From the NCBI GenBank assembly GCA_040374425.1, contig JBEIUI010000001.1, positions 2,823-66,822 on the forward strand: a stretch of DNA of 64,000 bases. The letters run 5' to 3'. Positions within the stretch are counted from its first letter, which is position 1. Each line of letters starts with the position of its first letter. Shown here piece by piece: positions 1 to 10,301 of the stretch. The DNA comes from Verrucomicrobiia bacterium. Lineage in GTDB: Bacteria > Verrucomicrobiota > Verrucomicrobiia > Chthoniobacterales > Chthoniobacteraceae. The notes below the pieces were generated by a model that made no database searches, had not been told where the DNA came from, and saw nothing but the letters and a program-made list of their open reading frames with translations. The translations under genes were made by a program, and so were the position numbers.

Positions 1-531
1 CTGACCTCCCTTCTGGACTGTTTTGCCGCGCTCCCGGGCGACACGGATCTTTTCTGCAAAGCCGATGTGTCATCGATGCGCGACCTGGCGGGTGAAATCC
101 GGGAGTTCAACCTGCCTTTGATCACGCAGTTTGCGTTGTGCGCCTGCCCGGTGGACTCGCGAAACGGGGACCACCTCCGCATTTGGCGGCAGTGGGTGGC
201 GGCGGTGGCCGAGGACGTGGCCTCCCCCCTGCCCCGGGGCGAAGAGTTTGCCGCCGAAGGCAGCACGAGCTCAGCAAACGAACTCCACTCCGCGGAAAGC
301 CAGGTCAGACTTCTGGCGGCCTACCGCTGGATGCACCACAGGATGCCCGAACTTTTCCCAGACATCGAGGAAGCGCTGGCCGTGTGCGCCGACACCAACC
401 AGTTCATCTCCAACTCGCTCAAGAAAAAAATCGTTCGGCGCTGCCGCCGGTGCAGCAGCGGCCTGCCGGATCTCCACAAATTCGCGATCTGCGACCGGTG
501 TTTCTCGATGCGCTTTGAGCGCTCCGAATAG
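1..531 (+). CDS. 3' end of a helicase-related protein (SUV3-type C-terminal region plus terminal zinc-ribbon); the 5' end lies outside the window
   Basis: Frame 1 is open from base 1 to the stop at 529-531. The AESQVRLLAAYRWMHHRMPELFPDIEEA segment resembles the SUV3 helicase C-terminal domain. The C-terminus carries CRRC-x12-CDRC. Confidence 0.45.
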   Translation: MTSLLDCFAALPGDTDLFCKADVSSMRDLAGEIREFNLPLITQFALCACPVDSRNGDHLRIWRQWVAAVAEDVASPLPRGEEFAAEGSTSSANELHSAESQVRLLAAYRWMHHRMPELFPDIEEALAVCADTNQFISNSLKKKIVRRCRRCSSGLPDLHKFAICDRCFSMRFERSE

Positions 532-535
532 GGCC

Positions 536-3214
536 TCAAGCGTTCTTGCGCAGAATCTCAAGGGGGGCGGGCTTGCAGACCCCGCGGCTGAGCCAACCTC
601 CGCCCACCAGCGAAAGCAGCGGAGGCAGGAGCAATCCGAATGCGATGACTCGGGGTTCCGGCCAGGGCGCAGCTTTGAGAACGAAATGAGCCAGCGCCGC
701 ATGGGCGACCACAGCGAGTGCGGCTCCTGCGAGCCCTGAGAGCGCTCCCAGGCACGCGTATTCCACCACAAAAACGGAACGCACCTGGCGCTGGGATGCG
801 CCCAGCGTCCGCAACAGCACACTTTCGCTGAGCCGCTGGGTGTGGCCGTTGAGCAGGCAGCCTAGGAGAATCGGCACCCCCGCAAGCACCGTCACGCCAG
901 CCAGGACCTCCACCACCCGGCTGATCTGCTCCAGGATCCCGGTGACCGTCTCCAAAATGAGCGTCAGATCGATCGCTGAAACGTTGGGAAACTGCCGAAC
1001 CAAAGCCCGCTGCAACGCGCCGGAGGACGCCTCCCTGGGGATGCGGGTGGTCAGCACCGTGAACCCGGGGGCGGCCTCCAGCACGCCCGGGGGAAAGATC
1101 ATGAAAAAATTCAGGTTAAACCGGCTCCAATCCACCTTGCGCAGATTGGCTACTTTGGCCCGGAGCGGCACGCCCTGCACATCCAGGCCGAGCTCGTCGC
1201 CCACGCCCAGTTCAAGATCGCGGGCGATTTTCGATTCAAGGGAGACCGGCACGGGCTCAGTCCCGGGCTTCCACGGGAGGGAAGAAAACAAGGCCCCGGC
1301 GGTGAGCTCTTCGGAGCCGGTGAGTTCGGCGCGGTAACTGGAGCGGTATTCGCGCTGGAGAACCCAGCGCGGTGTGCCCTTGGGATCGCGTCCTTTTCCA
1401 CGGGCGACCTTCGCTCGCGCCTCGGCCTGCTGCTCGAGCTCCCGCACGGGCACACCTTTTACCGACGCAATCCGCATCGTGACAATGGGAGCGTCCTCCA
1501 GCAGAGGCAGGTCCAGCCCCGCCAAGAGCGCCTTCACCCCGGCGCGTTGATCCTCCTGCACATCCACGAGATAAATATTCGGGCTCCGTTGGAGATCCCC
1601 GGGCTTCAGGCTTTCCAGCAAAGTGCTGCGCACCAACAACACCGTCAGCAGCAGACAATTCCCCAGGCCCAGGGACAGCAGAAAAAGCAGCGTCTGGTTC
1701 TGCGGACGGAACAGGTTGGAAAAACCCTGCCGGACCACATACGGCCAGGAGGGCCGAGGAAGCCTCCGGGCGAGGGCGACCACCCCCGCAGCAGTCCCGA
1801 AAAGCAGGGCGAACACCAGCATCAACCCCGTCACCAGGAGCGCCGCCCGGCGAAGAGGTGTCCCGTGGAGCACGGTCAATCCCCAGAGGAAAATCATCAA
1901 CAACAAGGCGCAGATGATCCCGGCCGGGCGGGCCCAGAGCGGCCGCTGCGGCTCCACGGAGGCGCGCAGCGCGACCGAGGGCGGGATGCCGCGGATCTGG
2001 AGGAGCGGCAGCAAGGCGAATCCCATGCAGACGGCAAAGCCGGCGAATGTGGTTTGAGCGATCACCGTCCAAGCCGGAGCCGGAGGCAGTGAAACCGGGA
2101 GATGCCGGGCAAAAAGCGAGGCCGCCCCGTGTTGGACTCCGAGCCCGAGAGCGGCTCCGAGCAAAGCGCCGCCGGCAACCAGCACAAGGGCCTGGGCCAG
2201 ATAGATCGCGAAAGCCTTGGAAGCAGAGCATCCCAGACAGCGCAGGATCGCGATGGAATCAAGGCGCCGACTGACATGCGCGTGGATGGCGGCCGCCACG
2301 CCGATGGCGCCCAGCACCAGAGCGACCAAGGCCAGCAGCCCCAAGAACTCTTCCAACTGCTCCAGGGAGTTTCCGAGCGAATCCCGCCGACTCTCCGGCG
2401 TCTCAAACTGCCAGCGGCTTTCGGGAAACTGTTTGCGAAACTCGCTTGCCAGAGTGTCCCCGGGAGACGCACCGGCTGGAACCGCACCGGGATTCGCCCC
2501 GGAAAGCTCCGAGTGCAGCAGATGAAAAACCAAGCTGTTGGTCCCCAAAAGCCCGGTTTGGTCCAGCGCGCTGTAGGCGACAAAAACCTGTGGAGAGAAA
2601 CCGCCGAACCGGCTGCTGCGCGGCGCCCCCTTTTTTAATGAGCCCAAGATGGGCAGCTCAAGGTTCCCGAGTTTGACCAGGTCGCCTACGCCGACCCCGA
2701 ACTGGTCGAGTAGAGCGGGTTCCAGCACGATCCCGCCCTGTGAATGCAGGCGTTGCCAGGCTTCGGGGGGATCCGTTTCCAGCTTTCCATAGAAAGGATA
2801 GTCCGGCTCCACCCCGCGCACCTGGACCAGCCGGGCCGCATCGGCCTTGGGGAAGGAAAGCATGGAAGAAAAACTCGTCTCGCGCCGGACTCTCTTGGCG
2901 TGGGTCTGCATCCACGCCAGCGCATCCGCCGGGAAGGATTCGCGGGAGGACACCTGCAGATCCGAGCCGAGCAACGCATTGGCCTGAGCGCGGATTCCCG
3001 CCTCGAAACGGGCTTTGAGCGCGTGAATAGCCACCAGGGCGGCGATTCCGAGCACGATGGACAATGAAAAGAGCGACAGCCGCTTGCGCTGGGTCCGACT
3101 TTCCCGCCAAGCCATGCGCAAGGTCCATGCCTGGAAGAGCCCCGGCCACTTCTTAGGCGCAGGGGAGGCGCACCCTCGTTCCGCGCCCGCTCCGGAATGT
3201 TCAAGGTCGCTCAT
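536..3214 (-). CDS. ybbP: ABC transporter permease, FtsX-fold, YbbP-like (two FtsX modules with large periplasmic loops)
   Basis: Approximately 890-aa polytopic membrane protein immediately downstream of, and overlapping, the ybbA-like ATPase. The arrangement matches the conserved tesA/ybbA/ybbP cluster. The start is ambiguous: TTG 3232, ATG 3214, or ATG 3115 (MAWRESR). Confidence 0.85.
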   Translation of the reverse strand: MSDLEHSGAGAERGCASPAPKKWPGLFQAWTLRMAWRESRTQRKRLSLFSLSIVLGIAALVAIHALKARFEAGIRAQANALLGSDLQVSSRESFPADALAWMQTHAKRVRRETSFSSMLSFPKADAARLVQVRGVEPDYPFYGKLETDPPEAWQRLHSQGGIVLEPALLDQFGVGVGDLVKLGNLELPILGSLKKGAPRSSRFGGFSPQVFVAYSALDQTGLLGTNSLVFHLLHSELSGANPGAVPAGASPGDTLASEFRKQFPESRWQFETPESRRDSLGNSLEQLEEFLGLLALVALVLGAIGVAAAIHAHVSRRLDSIAILRCLGCSASKAFAIYLAQALVLVAGGALLGAALGLGVQHGAASLFARHLPVSLPPAPAWTVIAQTTFAGFAVCMGFALLPLLQIRGIPPSVALRASVEPQRPLWARPAGIICALLLMIFLWGLTVLHGTPLRRAALLVTGLMLVFALLFGTAAGVVALARRLPRPSWPYVVRQGFSNLFRPQNQTLLFLLSLGLGNCLLLTVLLVRSTLLESLKPGDLQRSPNIYLVDVQEDQRAGVKALLAGLDLPLLEDAPIVTMRIASVKGVPVRELEQQAEARAKVARGKGRDPKGTPRWVLQREYRSSYRAELTGSEELTAGALFSSLPWKPGTEPVPVSLESKIARDLELGVGDELGLDVQGVPLRAKVANLRKVDWSRFNLNFFMIFPPGVLEAAPGFTVLTTRIPREASSGALQRALVRQFPNVSAIDLTLILETVTGILEQISRVVEVLAGVTVLAGVPILLGCLLNGHTQRLSESVLLRTLGASQRQVRSVFVVEYACLGALSGLAGAALAVVAHAALAHFVLKAAPWPEPRVIAFGLLLPPLLSLVGGGWLSRGVCKPAPLEILRKNA

Positions 3215-3956
3215 GGGTCGTTTCGCGCTCAATGCTTCCTGCGCGCATTTGGACGATCCGCCGGGCGCGTGCAGCCAGGGTCGGATCGTGAGTCACGAGC
3301 ACCAGCGCCGTGCCGTGGGCCCGGTTCATCTCAAAGAGCATCTCGACAATGGGCGCGCTGGTATCCGCGTCGAGATTGCCTGTCGGTTCGTCGGCGAAAA
3401 GAATCCGGGGCCGCCGAATAAATGCGCGGGCGAGGGCAACACGCTGTTGTTCGCCGCCGGAGAGCTGGAGGGGGTAATGATTGAACCGGCCGCCCAAACC
3501 CACCTGTTCAAGAATGGCGCACGCCTGTGCGCGGGCCCCGGAGATGCCGCTCAATTCGAGGGGCACCAGCACATTTTCCAAGGCTGTCAGCGTGGGCAGG
3601 AGCTGGAAACTTTGGAAAACGAACCCGACCCCCTCATTGCGCAAAGCGGCGCGCTGATCTTCGTCGAGGTCCTCCAGAAAGCGACCCAGCAACCGCACGC
3701 TCCCCGAGGTGGCCCGGTCCAAGCCGGCGCACAACCCGAGCAGAGTGGACTTTCCGCTGCCGGACGGACCGACCACCGCGCAAGTGTCTCCCGCATGGAG
3801 CTTTAAATCGACGTTGCGCAGAATCTTTAACGTGCGCGAACCCGTGCCGTAGGTCTTGCACAGACCATGAATTTCGAGGATGGGTGAATCCGCGGCCTTC
3901 TGAGGGGCACACTCTTCACGGGCTGCGATGGAACGCTCCAACGACGATGGATTCAT
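3201..3956 (-). CDS. ybbA: ABC transporter ATP-binding protein (YbbA/LolD-like)
   Basis: Walker [12 protein letters not shown], signature [14 protein letters not shown], Walker [13 protein letters not shown]. The ATG at 3956 (MNPSS) is preferred over the longer ORF start at 4028. Confidence 0.9.
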   Translation of the reverse strand: MNPSSLERSIAAREECAPQKAADSPILEIHGLCKTYGTGSRTLKILRNVDLKLHAGDTCAVVGPSGSGKSTLLGLCAGLDRATSGSVRLLGRFLEDLDEDQRAALRNEGVGFVFQSFQLLPTLTALENVLVPLELSGISGARAQACAILEQVGLGGRFNHYPLQLSGGEQQRVALARAFIRRPRILFADEPTGNLDADTSAPIVEMLFEMNRAHGTALVLVTHDPTLAARARRIVQMRAGSIERETTHERP

Positions 3957-4603
3957 CAAAGGCAAAATGGATTTGGCTGCTGCTTTTTTCGGCCTGCGCA
4001 CTATGGCCGCGCGACGCCGCTCATGCAAACGAGTCCGCGCGACTGCGCGTCGTGATCCTCGGGGACAGCCTCACCGCCGGATACGGTGTGGAGTCGGCAC
4101 AAAACTACCCGGCGCTTCTCCAAAAAAAGATCGACCGAGCGGGACTCCCTTTTGAAATCATCAACGCAGGCATCAGCGGCGACACCACCGCCGGAGGGCT
4201 CCGCCGGATCGACTGGATCCTGAGCAAAGGCGCGGCGGTCCTTGTCGTCGCACTGGGGGGCAATGACGGCCTCCGCGGACTTGCCCCTGCCCAAACCGCA
4301 CAAAACCTTGCCGCCATTCTCCAAAGGGCAAAACAACGGGTGCCCGACGCGTCTCTGGTTTTGGTGTCCATGAAAATGCCCTCGAGCATGGGCGCAGATT
4401 TCGTCCGCGCCTTCGAAGCCGTTTTCCCGCAGGTGGCGGCTGAAAACCAAGCGATTCTCTGGCCTTTTCTGCTCGAGGGCGTCGCGGGGGACCCGGAGCT
4501 CAACCAAGCCGACCTGATTCATCCCAACGCCCAGGGCCAGGAAAAGATCGCGGACAATCTCTGGGCATCCCTGCACGAGGTTCTCCTGGGGCGAGCCCGC
4601 TAG
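3947..4603 (+). CDS. tesA: Secreted SGNH/GDSL hydrolase, TesA-type arylesterase/thioesterase I/lysophospholipase L1
   Basis: Signal peptide [24 protein letters not shown] blocks are present: ILGDSLTAGYG, GISGDT, LGGNDGL, DLIHPN. It is divergent from ybbA as in E. coli. Confidence 0.85.
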   Translation: MDSSKAKWIWLLLFSACALWPRDAAHANESARLRVVILGDSLTAGYGVESAQNYPALLQKKIDRAGLPFEIINAGISGDTTAGGLRRIDWILSKGAAVLVVALGGNDGLRGLAPAQTAQNLAAILQRAKQRVPDASLVLVSMKMPSSMGADFVRAFEAVFPQVAAENQAILWPFLLEGVAGDPELNQADLIHPNAQGQEKIADNLWASLHEVLLGRAR

Positions 4604-4617
4604 TTTTTTGGAAAAAG

Positions 4618-7119
4618 ATGGACCGCAAAGATTTACCCCCAGCCATCGCCCCCTCGGCGACACCGATTGAGAACCAGGGAAGCCAGCGCCCGCCCGAGGG
4701 CACTCGCGGCTACCAATCTTGGGTGGACGAAAAAAAAACCGGGGTTTGGCAGGTCTCTTGCATCAGGGGGGCCCCTGTGATGCAAACTCCCCACAGCGAT
4801 CCGACTCATATTGAGCTGCTCCAGCAGCGCTCCTGCGCTTTCGAACACATCGAGGACGGGATCATCGTAACCTCGCTGGATGGCGTGGTTTTGGACTGGA
4901 ACAAGGGAGCGGAGCGGCTCTTCGGATGGAGCCGTGAGGAGATGCTGGGAAAAACTCCGGCAGTGCTGCACCGCCCCTGCGATGCGGACGAGCTCACAGG
5001 CTCCATCAACGCAACGGCGGCGCAGGAGGGCCGTTGGAAGGGGGATGTTTCGTTTGTGCGCAAGGACGGTTCCACGGGCATTTGCGAGACCACCACGGTA
5101 GCCATGCGGGACGAGCAGGGTCGGATTTTTGCGACCATGGGGATCAACCATGATGTGACGGCGCAGAAAGCGATCGAAGGCAAGTTGGTGGAAGAAAAAC
5201 AGATTCTGCGGACGCTCATCGACGCGCTGGATGACGTGATTTTTTTCAAGGACAGTGAAGGCCGCTACATCATGGTCAACGCCGCGCATCGCAAAATCTG
5301 GAAAAAATCAGAGCGGAGCCCCATTGGCCTGACCGATTTTGATTTCGAGGGGCTCCGGACCAACGCGGCGCGCTACGCGAAGGACGACCAGACCGTAATC
5401 GCAACCGGCAAGCCGATCACCAACCGGGAAGAACCCTTTACCCGGGACGACGGCAGTTCGGGCTGGTTTCTCACCTCGAAATATCCGCTCCATGATTCCG
5501 CTGGGCGGGTGATCGGCGTGGTCGGCATGGCCAGGGACATCACGGAATGGCGACGCACGGGACGGGAACTGGCCGACGAACGCGAGAGGTTCAAAACCAT
5601 CGTGGATGCCCTGCCTGATGCGCTCTTTCTCAAGAACCGGGAGGGCCGAATTACCCTCGAGAATAAGGCAATGGCCAAACTTTTCGGGCCGGAATCCGGG
5701 CGTGTTCTCAAGACGCCTTTCGAGGAGCCAATTCCCAGGGAACACGCGGAACGTTATGCCGCCGACGACCGCAGCGTCATCGAGACCGGCCAGCCCGTGA
5801 TCAATCGCGAGGAGCCTTTTCTGACCACGGCAGGCACGACGGGTTACCTGCTGACCTCCAAATACCCGATCCGCGACAGCGGCGGCGAGATCGTGGGAGT
5901 GGTGGGGGTTTCGCGGGAAATCACCGAAATACGCAAGGCGGCGGCGGAACGGCGGGCCTTTGAGCGCAAACTCCAGGAAACGCAGAAGCTCGAGAGCCTG
6001 GGGGTCCTGGCGGGCGGGATCGCGCATGACTTTAACAACCTCCTTACCGGCGTCCTCGGCAACGCCAGTCTGGCGAGCATGGAACTCCCCCAGGAATCCC
6101 CCGTGCAAGAGCTTCTCAAACAGATTGAAATCGCGTCGGTCCGCGCGGCCGACCTCTGCAAGCAGATGCTGGCCTACTCGGGCAAAGGCCGGTTTGTCAT
6201 GCAGCGGCTTGATCTCAACGCGGCGCTGAACGAGACGACCAAGCTCCTGCAGGTGTTCCTCAACAAGAACGCCGTCCTCAAGATGCAGCTGGCACCGGCG
6301 CTTCCGGCTGTGGTTGCCGATCCCACGCAGATGCGCCAGGTGATCATGAATCTGGTCATCAACGCCGCCGAGGCCATCGGCGAACGCAGCGGCTACCTGA
6401 CGCTCACCACCGGGGTCGTGCGGGCCGACGCCCGATACCTGGCCGAAACCCATCTTTCACCCGATCTGACCGAAGGCGACTACGTCTACCTCGAAGTCGG
6501 AGACACCGGCAGCGGGATGACCCCGGAGGTGGCTGCGAAAATTTTTGACCCGTTTTTCACCACCAAATTCACCGGCCGGGGCTTGGGCCTGGCAGCTGTC
6601 TTGGGGATCGTCCGAGGCCACCGGGGGGCGTTGAAGGTTTACACAGAACCGGGTGTCGGCACGACCTTCAAAGTCCTGCTGCCCTGCGCCGACGGTCCGG
6701 TGGACGATCCGGGCATGGAGCGCCCGGCAAGCGCCCAGTGGCGGGGCCGCGGCTTGGTGCTCATCATCGACGACGACGAGACCACCCGGGCCACCACGGC
6801 GCGGATGCTCGAGAGCATGGGCTTTGAGGTGCGCCTCGCTGCAGACGGTAGGGTGGGCGTAGAAGCATTCCGCCTCACTCCAGAGGAGTTTCAGGTGGTG
6901 CTGCTCGACCTCACAATGCCACGCATGGACGGGGCGGATGCCTTCACGGAAATCCGCCGGATCCGGCCCGATTGCCGGGTTCTGCTCATGAGCGGCTTTA
7001 ATGAAGCGGACGCCGTGGCGCGGTTTGCCGGGAAAGGGCTTGCCGGCTTCGTCCAGAAGCCTTTCCGGCTCCCGGATCTCCGGGAAAAAGTGCAACAAAT
7101 CCTGAGCGCCCCCGCCTAG
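4618..7119 (+). CDS. Hybrid sensor histidine kinase (three PAS modules, HisKA, HATPase_c, C-terminal receiver)
   Basis: H-box GGIAHDFNNLL, G-boxes DTGSGM and GRGLGLA, receiver LIIDDDE...LLDLTMPRMDG. The start could lie further downstream (MQTPHS). Confidence 0.85.
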   Translation: MDRKDLPPAIAPSATPIENQGSQRPPEGTRGYQSWVDEKKTGVWQVSCIRGAPVMQTPHSDPTHIELLQQRSCAFEHIEDGIIVTSLDGVVLDWNKGAERLFGWSREEMLGKTPAVLHRPCDADELTGSINATAAQEGRWKGDVSFVRKDGSTGICETTTVAMRDEQGRIFATMGINHDVTAQKAIEGKLVEEKQILRTLIDALDDVIFFKDSEGRYIMVNAAHRKIWKKSERSPIGLTDFDFEGLRTNAARYAKDDQTVIATGKPITNREEPFTRDDGSSGWFLTSKYPLHDSAGRVIGVVGMARDITEWRRTGRELADERERFKTIVDALPDALFLKNREGRITLENKAMAKLFGPESGRVLKTPFEEPIPREHAERYAADDRSVIETGQPVINREEPFLTTAGTTGYLLTSKYPIRDSGGEIVGVVGVSREITEIRKAAAERRAFERKLQETQKLESLGVLAGGIAHDFNNLLTGVLGNASLASMELPQESPVQELLKQIEIASVRAADLCKQMLAYSGKGRFVMQRLDLNAALNETTKLLQVFLNKNAVLKMQLAPALPAVVADPTQMRQVIMNLVINAAEAIGERSGYLTLTTGVVRADARYLAETHLSPDLTEGDYVYLEVGDTGSGMTPEVAAKIFDPFFTTKFTGRGLGLAAVLGIVRGHRGALKVYTEPGVGTTFKVLLPCADGPVDDPGMERPASAQWRGRGLVLIIDDDETTRATTARMLESMGFEVRLAADGRVGVEAFRLTPEEFQVVLLDLTMPRMDGADAFTEIRRIRPDCRVLLMSGFNEADAVARFAGKGLAGFVQKPFRLPDLREKVQQILSAPA

Positions 7120-7128
7120 CGCCGCCCC

Positions 7129-8742
7129 TTATTTGGTCCTATTCAAGAGCAGGATCCTCTTGAGCTCCTCAATGGTCTGGGGCAGCTCGTGGGATCCGTG
7201 CGGACCGGGCACGATGAGTTCGGACTCCGCGCGATCCAGATGCGAGCTCCAGTAGGGCACCACGCCGTCCGAACTCTGGGGCGAGTCGCCTTTCCCTCGG
7301 TCGCCGATGATGGAGTGATACGGGGCGCGGATGGGGATGCGGTCGAGCTCCTTGAGCGTGGGGTTTTTGGGGGAGAGACTGGTGATGCTGTTGGGGAGCT
7401 GCGTTTTTCCCGAAACGACCGAGAGCACGTCGCCTGCCGAGTCGGTGAGCGTTTTTACCAGGGAAGTGGGCAGCGAAATGATGCGCATGCCCAAGGCGCC
7501 AATGGAGCCCAGGGCCATTTCGCTTCCCCGGTGGGGCACGCAAATGAAGACGATGCGGTTCACCCGGGGATTGGATTCAACGATGAGCGCGCGCTTGATC
7601 AGGTTGTTCGCGGGCAACTTGCGGTCGAGTTGCTCGGCTTTGTCTTTCAAGTTCGCTTTCCAAAGGGCCCGGCCGGTGTCGACGACCTGCATCCGCGAGA
7701 CCAACCCGCCCATGCTGTGGCCCACCAGCACATAGCCCTTCGTCATCGGGTATTTGGCCTGGACCCGGTCCAGCTCCTCGCGGAAACGCAGGGCCGAATA
7801 CGACATCGGATTGCCGGTGGGATAATTAAACACCCAGAACTGGTAACGACTCCGAAGGTTCTCATCGGCATGCAGCTCGTTCATGGCGTTCAGCCACATC
7901 TGGGGAGTGGACATCAACCCGTGCACGAAAATCACCGGGATCCGGTTCGGGTCGTAGGGCTCAATCATGTAGAGCCCCGTTTTACTCAGATACTTCTCCA
8001 CGCGGATCATCGACACGAACCCGCGCAACAGCTCGTTCTGCTGGGGATAACGCGCCAGGGGCGCCGTGTAATCCGCAGCCAGAGGCTGGGATTTTCCGCC
8101 GATGGAAACCACGCTGCGTTTGTCTGGGTGCTGCAGGGCCAGGGTGGCGACGTTCTCCTTGAACAACAAAGTCGCGGTGACCGGCGCCATGGTGCCGCTG
8201 GCCGGCTCAAACGGAGCCTTCGATCCGAAACCCAAACCTTTCGTCTCGTGAATCCCCACAAACGGGGCACCAACCCCGGGACGCACGAAAGTGCTCCGCA
8301 GGTGCCGACGTCGGACCCGCGAAGCGGGCTCAAGGTCCGTGAAATAACTCGGAGCCCAGCTCCCCGCAACCTCAGGTCCCTGAAATTTCAAACCGTAGCT
8401 GTGCCCCTCGGCGGAGAAGCTCAGGGACTGATTCCACAAACGCCCGCCCTCGCCGTTAAAAAGCAACTCGGTGAGCTCCGCCGTAGCCGTGTTGTAGGTC
8501 CCAAGCGCCTCGCGATCCCCCGGCCGCACGGGAAAAACTTTCGCCGCCTCGTCTGCGGCATACAGGTAGGAACCCACACGCGTCTCCAGCGGCACCCGTG
8601 GTGAGCGGCCCTTTTTTAAACTCGCCGACGCATGTGCAAGGCACACGTCCCGCTCCGTCTTTTTGATGCCCGTGCTCGCGCAGCCCCCTAGGGCAATTGC
8701 GAACGAGATCATCGTGATCCGGCTGAAGATAGGTCTGAGCAT
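7129..8742 (-). CDS. Alpha/beta-hydrolase lipoprotein (lipase/esterase-like)
   Basis: Lipobox FAIALGGC after a basic N-terminus. Nucleophile elbow VLVGHSMGGLVSR. ATG at 8742. Confidence 0.7.
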   Translation of the reverse strand: MLRPIFSRITMISFAIALGGCASTGIKKTERDVCLAHASASLKKGRSPRVPLETRVGSYLYAADEAAKVFPVRPGDREALGTYNTATAELTELLFNGEGGRLWNQSLSFSAEGHSYGLKFQGPEVAGSWAPSYFTDLEPASRVRRRHLRSTFVRPGVGAPFVGIHETKGLGFGSKAPFEPASGTMAPVTATLLFKENVATLALQHPDKRSVVSIGGKSQPLAADYTAPLARYPQQNELLRGFVSMIRVEKYLSKTGLYMIEPYDPNRIPVIFVHGLMSTPQMWLNAMNELHADENLRSRYQFWVFNYPTGNPMSYSALRFREELDRVQAKYPMTKGYVLVGHSMGGLVSRMQVVDTGRALWKANLKDKAEQLDRKLPANNLIKRALIVESNPRVNRIVFICVPHRGSEMALGSIGALGMRIISLPTSLVKTLTDSAGDVLSVVSGKTQLPNSITSLSPKNPTLKELDRIPIRAPYHSIIGDRGKGDSPQSSDGVVPYWSSHLDRAESELIVPGPHGSHELPQTIEELKRILLLNRTK

Positions 8743-8872
8743 AAGTTTTGTCGGGTTGGCTCCGATCACCACGGCGAAAGCACTGGGATTTTTTTCAGGG
8801 GATTACGTCGACCAGCGGCATGACTAAGCGAACGGACCGTGGGTTGTTGCGATGTCCGGCAAGCGCAGCTAC

Positions 8873-10264
8873 TTACTGGCCTTCCCGGCGCTGTACGTCC
8901 TCGCCCGTGGCGCGGAGCAACCGCGAGTAAGCCACCGAATAATCCCGCAGCGCCTGCACGTAGTTGCCCCGGGTCTGGGTCAGAGCGGTCTGCGCGCTGA
9001 GGATGTCCACCTGGATGCCCGTGCCCGCCAGGTAGCGCTCCCGCGCCAACTGGACCGTGCGTTCCGCGCGCCCGATGTTTTCCTTCTGCGAATCCACCGT
9101 CGCCTTCGCGCTGAGAATGTCGGACCAAGCCGTGCGCACCTGGAGGGAAACCAGCCGACGTTGCTCCTCCATCTGGGCCTGCCTCAAGCCTCGGTTCGCC
9201 TGGGCCTCCGCCACACGGCCCTGGGTGAGGAACCCGTCAAAGAGCGGCCAGGACATCTGGACCCCGGCAATCGCCCCGTCCAGCGAGTCGCCCGCGTTTC
9301 GGGTCCGCACCCGGCTGGTGACGTCGTATCCCGCGAACGCCTGGACGCCCGGTTTGTTGCCGGCGCGAGCGGCGATGATGTTTTCCTCGGTGATTTTGAC
9401 CTGGGTGTTGAGCGACTCCAGCTCGGTGCGGTTTTTCCAGCCCGCGGCGAGTGCGCCGGGCAGATCGGCCGGGTATTTGCGAACCTGCAACGGGGTGTCG
9501 AGCCGGAGAGGCAAATCGTTCTTCGCCTCCTTGGGCACGTTGTAGCCGAGCAACTCCACGAGGGCTTGTTTGGCAGTGATATAGCTGTTGCGCGCCAGGA
9601 TGAGCGGCGGCTCGGCGTTGGATAACTCCACCTCCGCCCGCAGCTGATCGAACTCGGACACCACACCGGCGGCGAGCCGCGATCTAACGTTGTCGAGCTC
9701 CCCCTTGAGCAGGTCCACGGAGGCTTGGCGCACCTCAATCTGGGCCGAGGCCAACTGCACGTCGTCGTAAGCCGTGCGCACCTGTAGAAGCACCTGGCCG
9801 AGGGTCGTCAGGAAATCTTGCATGGCCTGTTCGCGGATGAGCTTCGAGACGCGCAAAGCCGAGAGCAGCCGCCCCCCTTGGTAGAGCGACTGGACCACGC
9901 GGGCGTCCCCCACCCATCGTTGGTTGTTCAATGTGGGTCCGGTCGCGTTGAACCCGGTGTTCAACTCCACCAGGGAGTCCTGAGTCACCGAGTAATCCAC
10001 GCGGCCAAGGACCTGCGGCAGAACAATAGCCCGGGTCTGCACGGCCACGCCAAGACGCGCTTCCACCGACTTGTGCGCCTGAAGAATGATCCCGTTCTGT
10101 TCGGTGGCGATATTGAGCGCGTCGACCAGCGAGAGAGGCCGCTGAAGGAGGGTTTCAAATGAGGGGGCTTTGCCTTTTTTTGCCTGGGGAACGCCCGCTG
10201 CCACAGCGCCTAGGGGAGCCAGGAGCAAAGCGAGTGCGACCAGTTTGGAAAATGAGGGGTGCAT
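8873..10264 (-). CDS. TolC-family outer membrane efflux protein
   Basis: Signal peptide, a duplicated coiled-coil/beta-barrel repeat architecture, and a position directly downstream of the RND pump. Confidence 0.85.
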   Translation of the reverse strand: MHPSFSKLVALALLLAPLGAVAAGVPQAKKGKAPSFETLLQRPLSLVDALNIATEQNGIILQAHKSVEARLGVAVQTRAIVLPQVLGRVDYSVTQDSLVELNTGFNATGPTLNNQRWVGDARVVQSLYQGGRLLSALRVSKLIREQAMQDFLTTLGQVLLQVRTAYDDVQLASAQIEVRQASVDLLKGELDNVRSRLAAGVVSEFDQLRAEVELSNAEPPLILARNSYITAKQALVELLGYNVPKEAKNDLPLRLDTPLQVRKYPADLPGALAAGWKNRTELESLNTQVKITEENIIAARAGNKPGVQAFAGYDVTSRVRTRNAGDSLDGAIAGVQMSWPLFDGFLTQGRVAEAQANRGLRQAQMEEQRRLVSLQVRTAWSDILSAKATVDSQKENIGRAERTVQLARERYLAGTGIQVDILSAQTALTQTRGNYVQALRDYSVAYSRLLRATGEDVQRREGQ

Positions 10265-10301
10265 AAGGGAAAAAACTCAGGACGGATCCACGCCGGTGGG
10301 C

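Noticed and set aside
4730-4738. An A9 homopolymer near the 5' end of the first histidine kinase ORF.
   Set aside because: It encodes EKK in a poorly conserved N-terminal region that may even be 5' UTR if the true start is MQTPHS. That is too little evidence for a phase-variation claim compared with the G12 tract in dltA.
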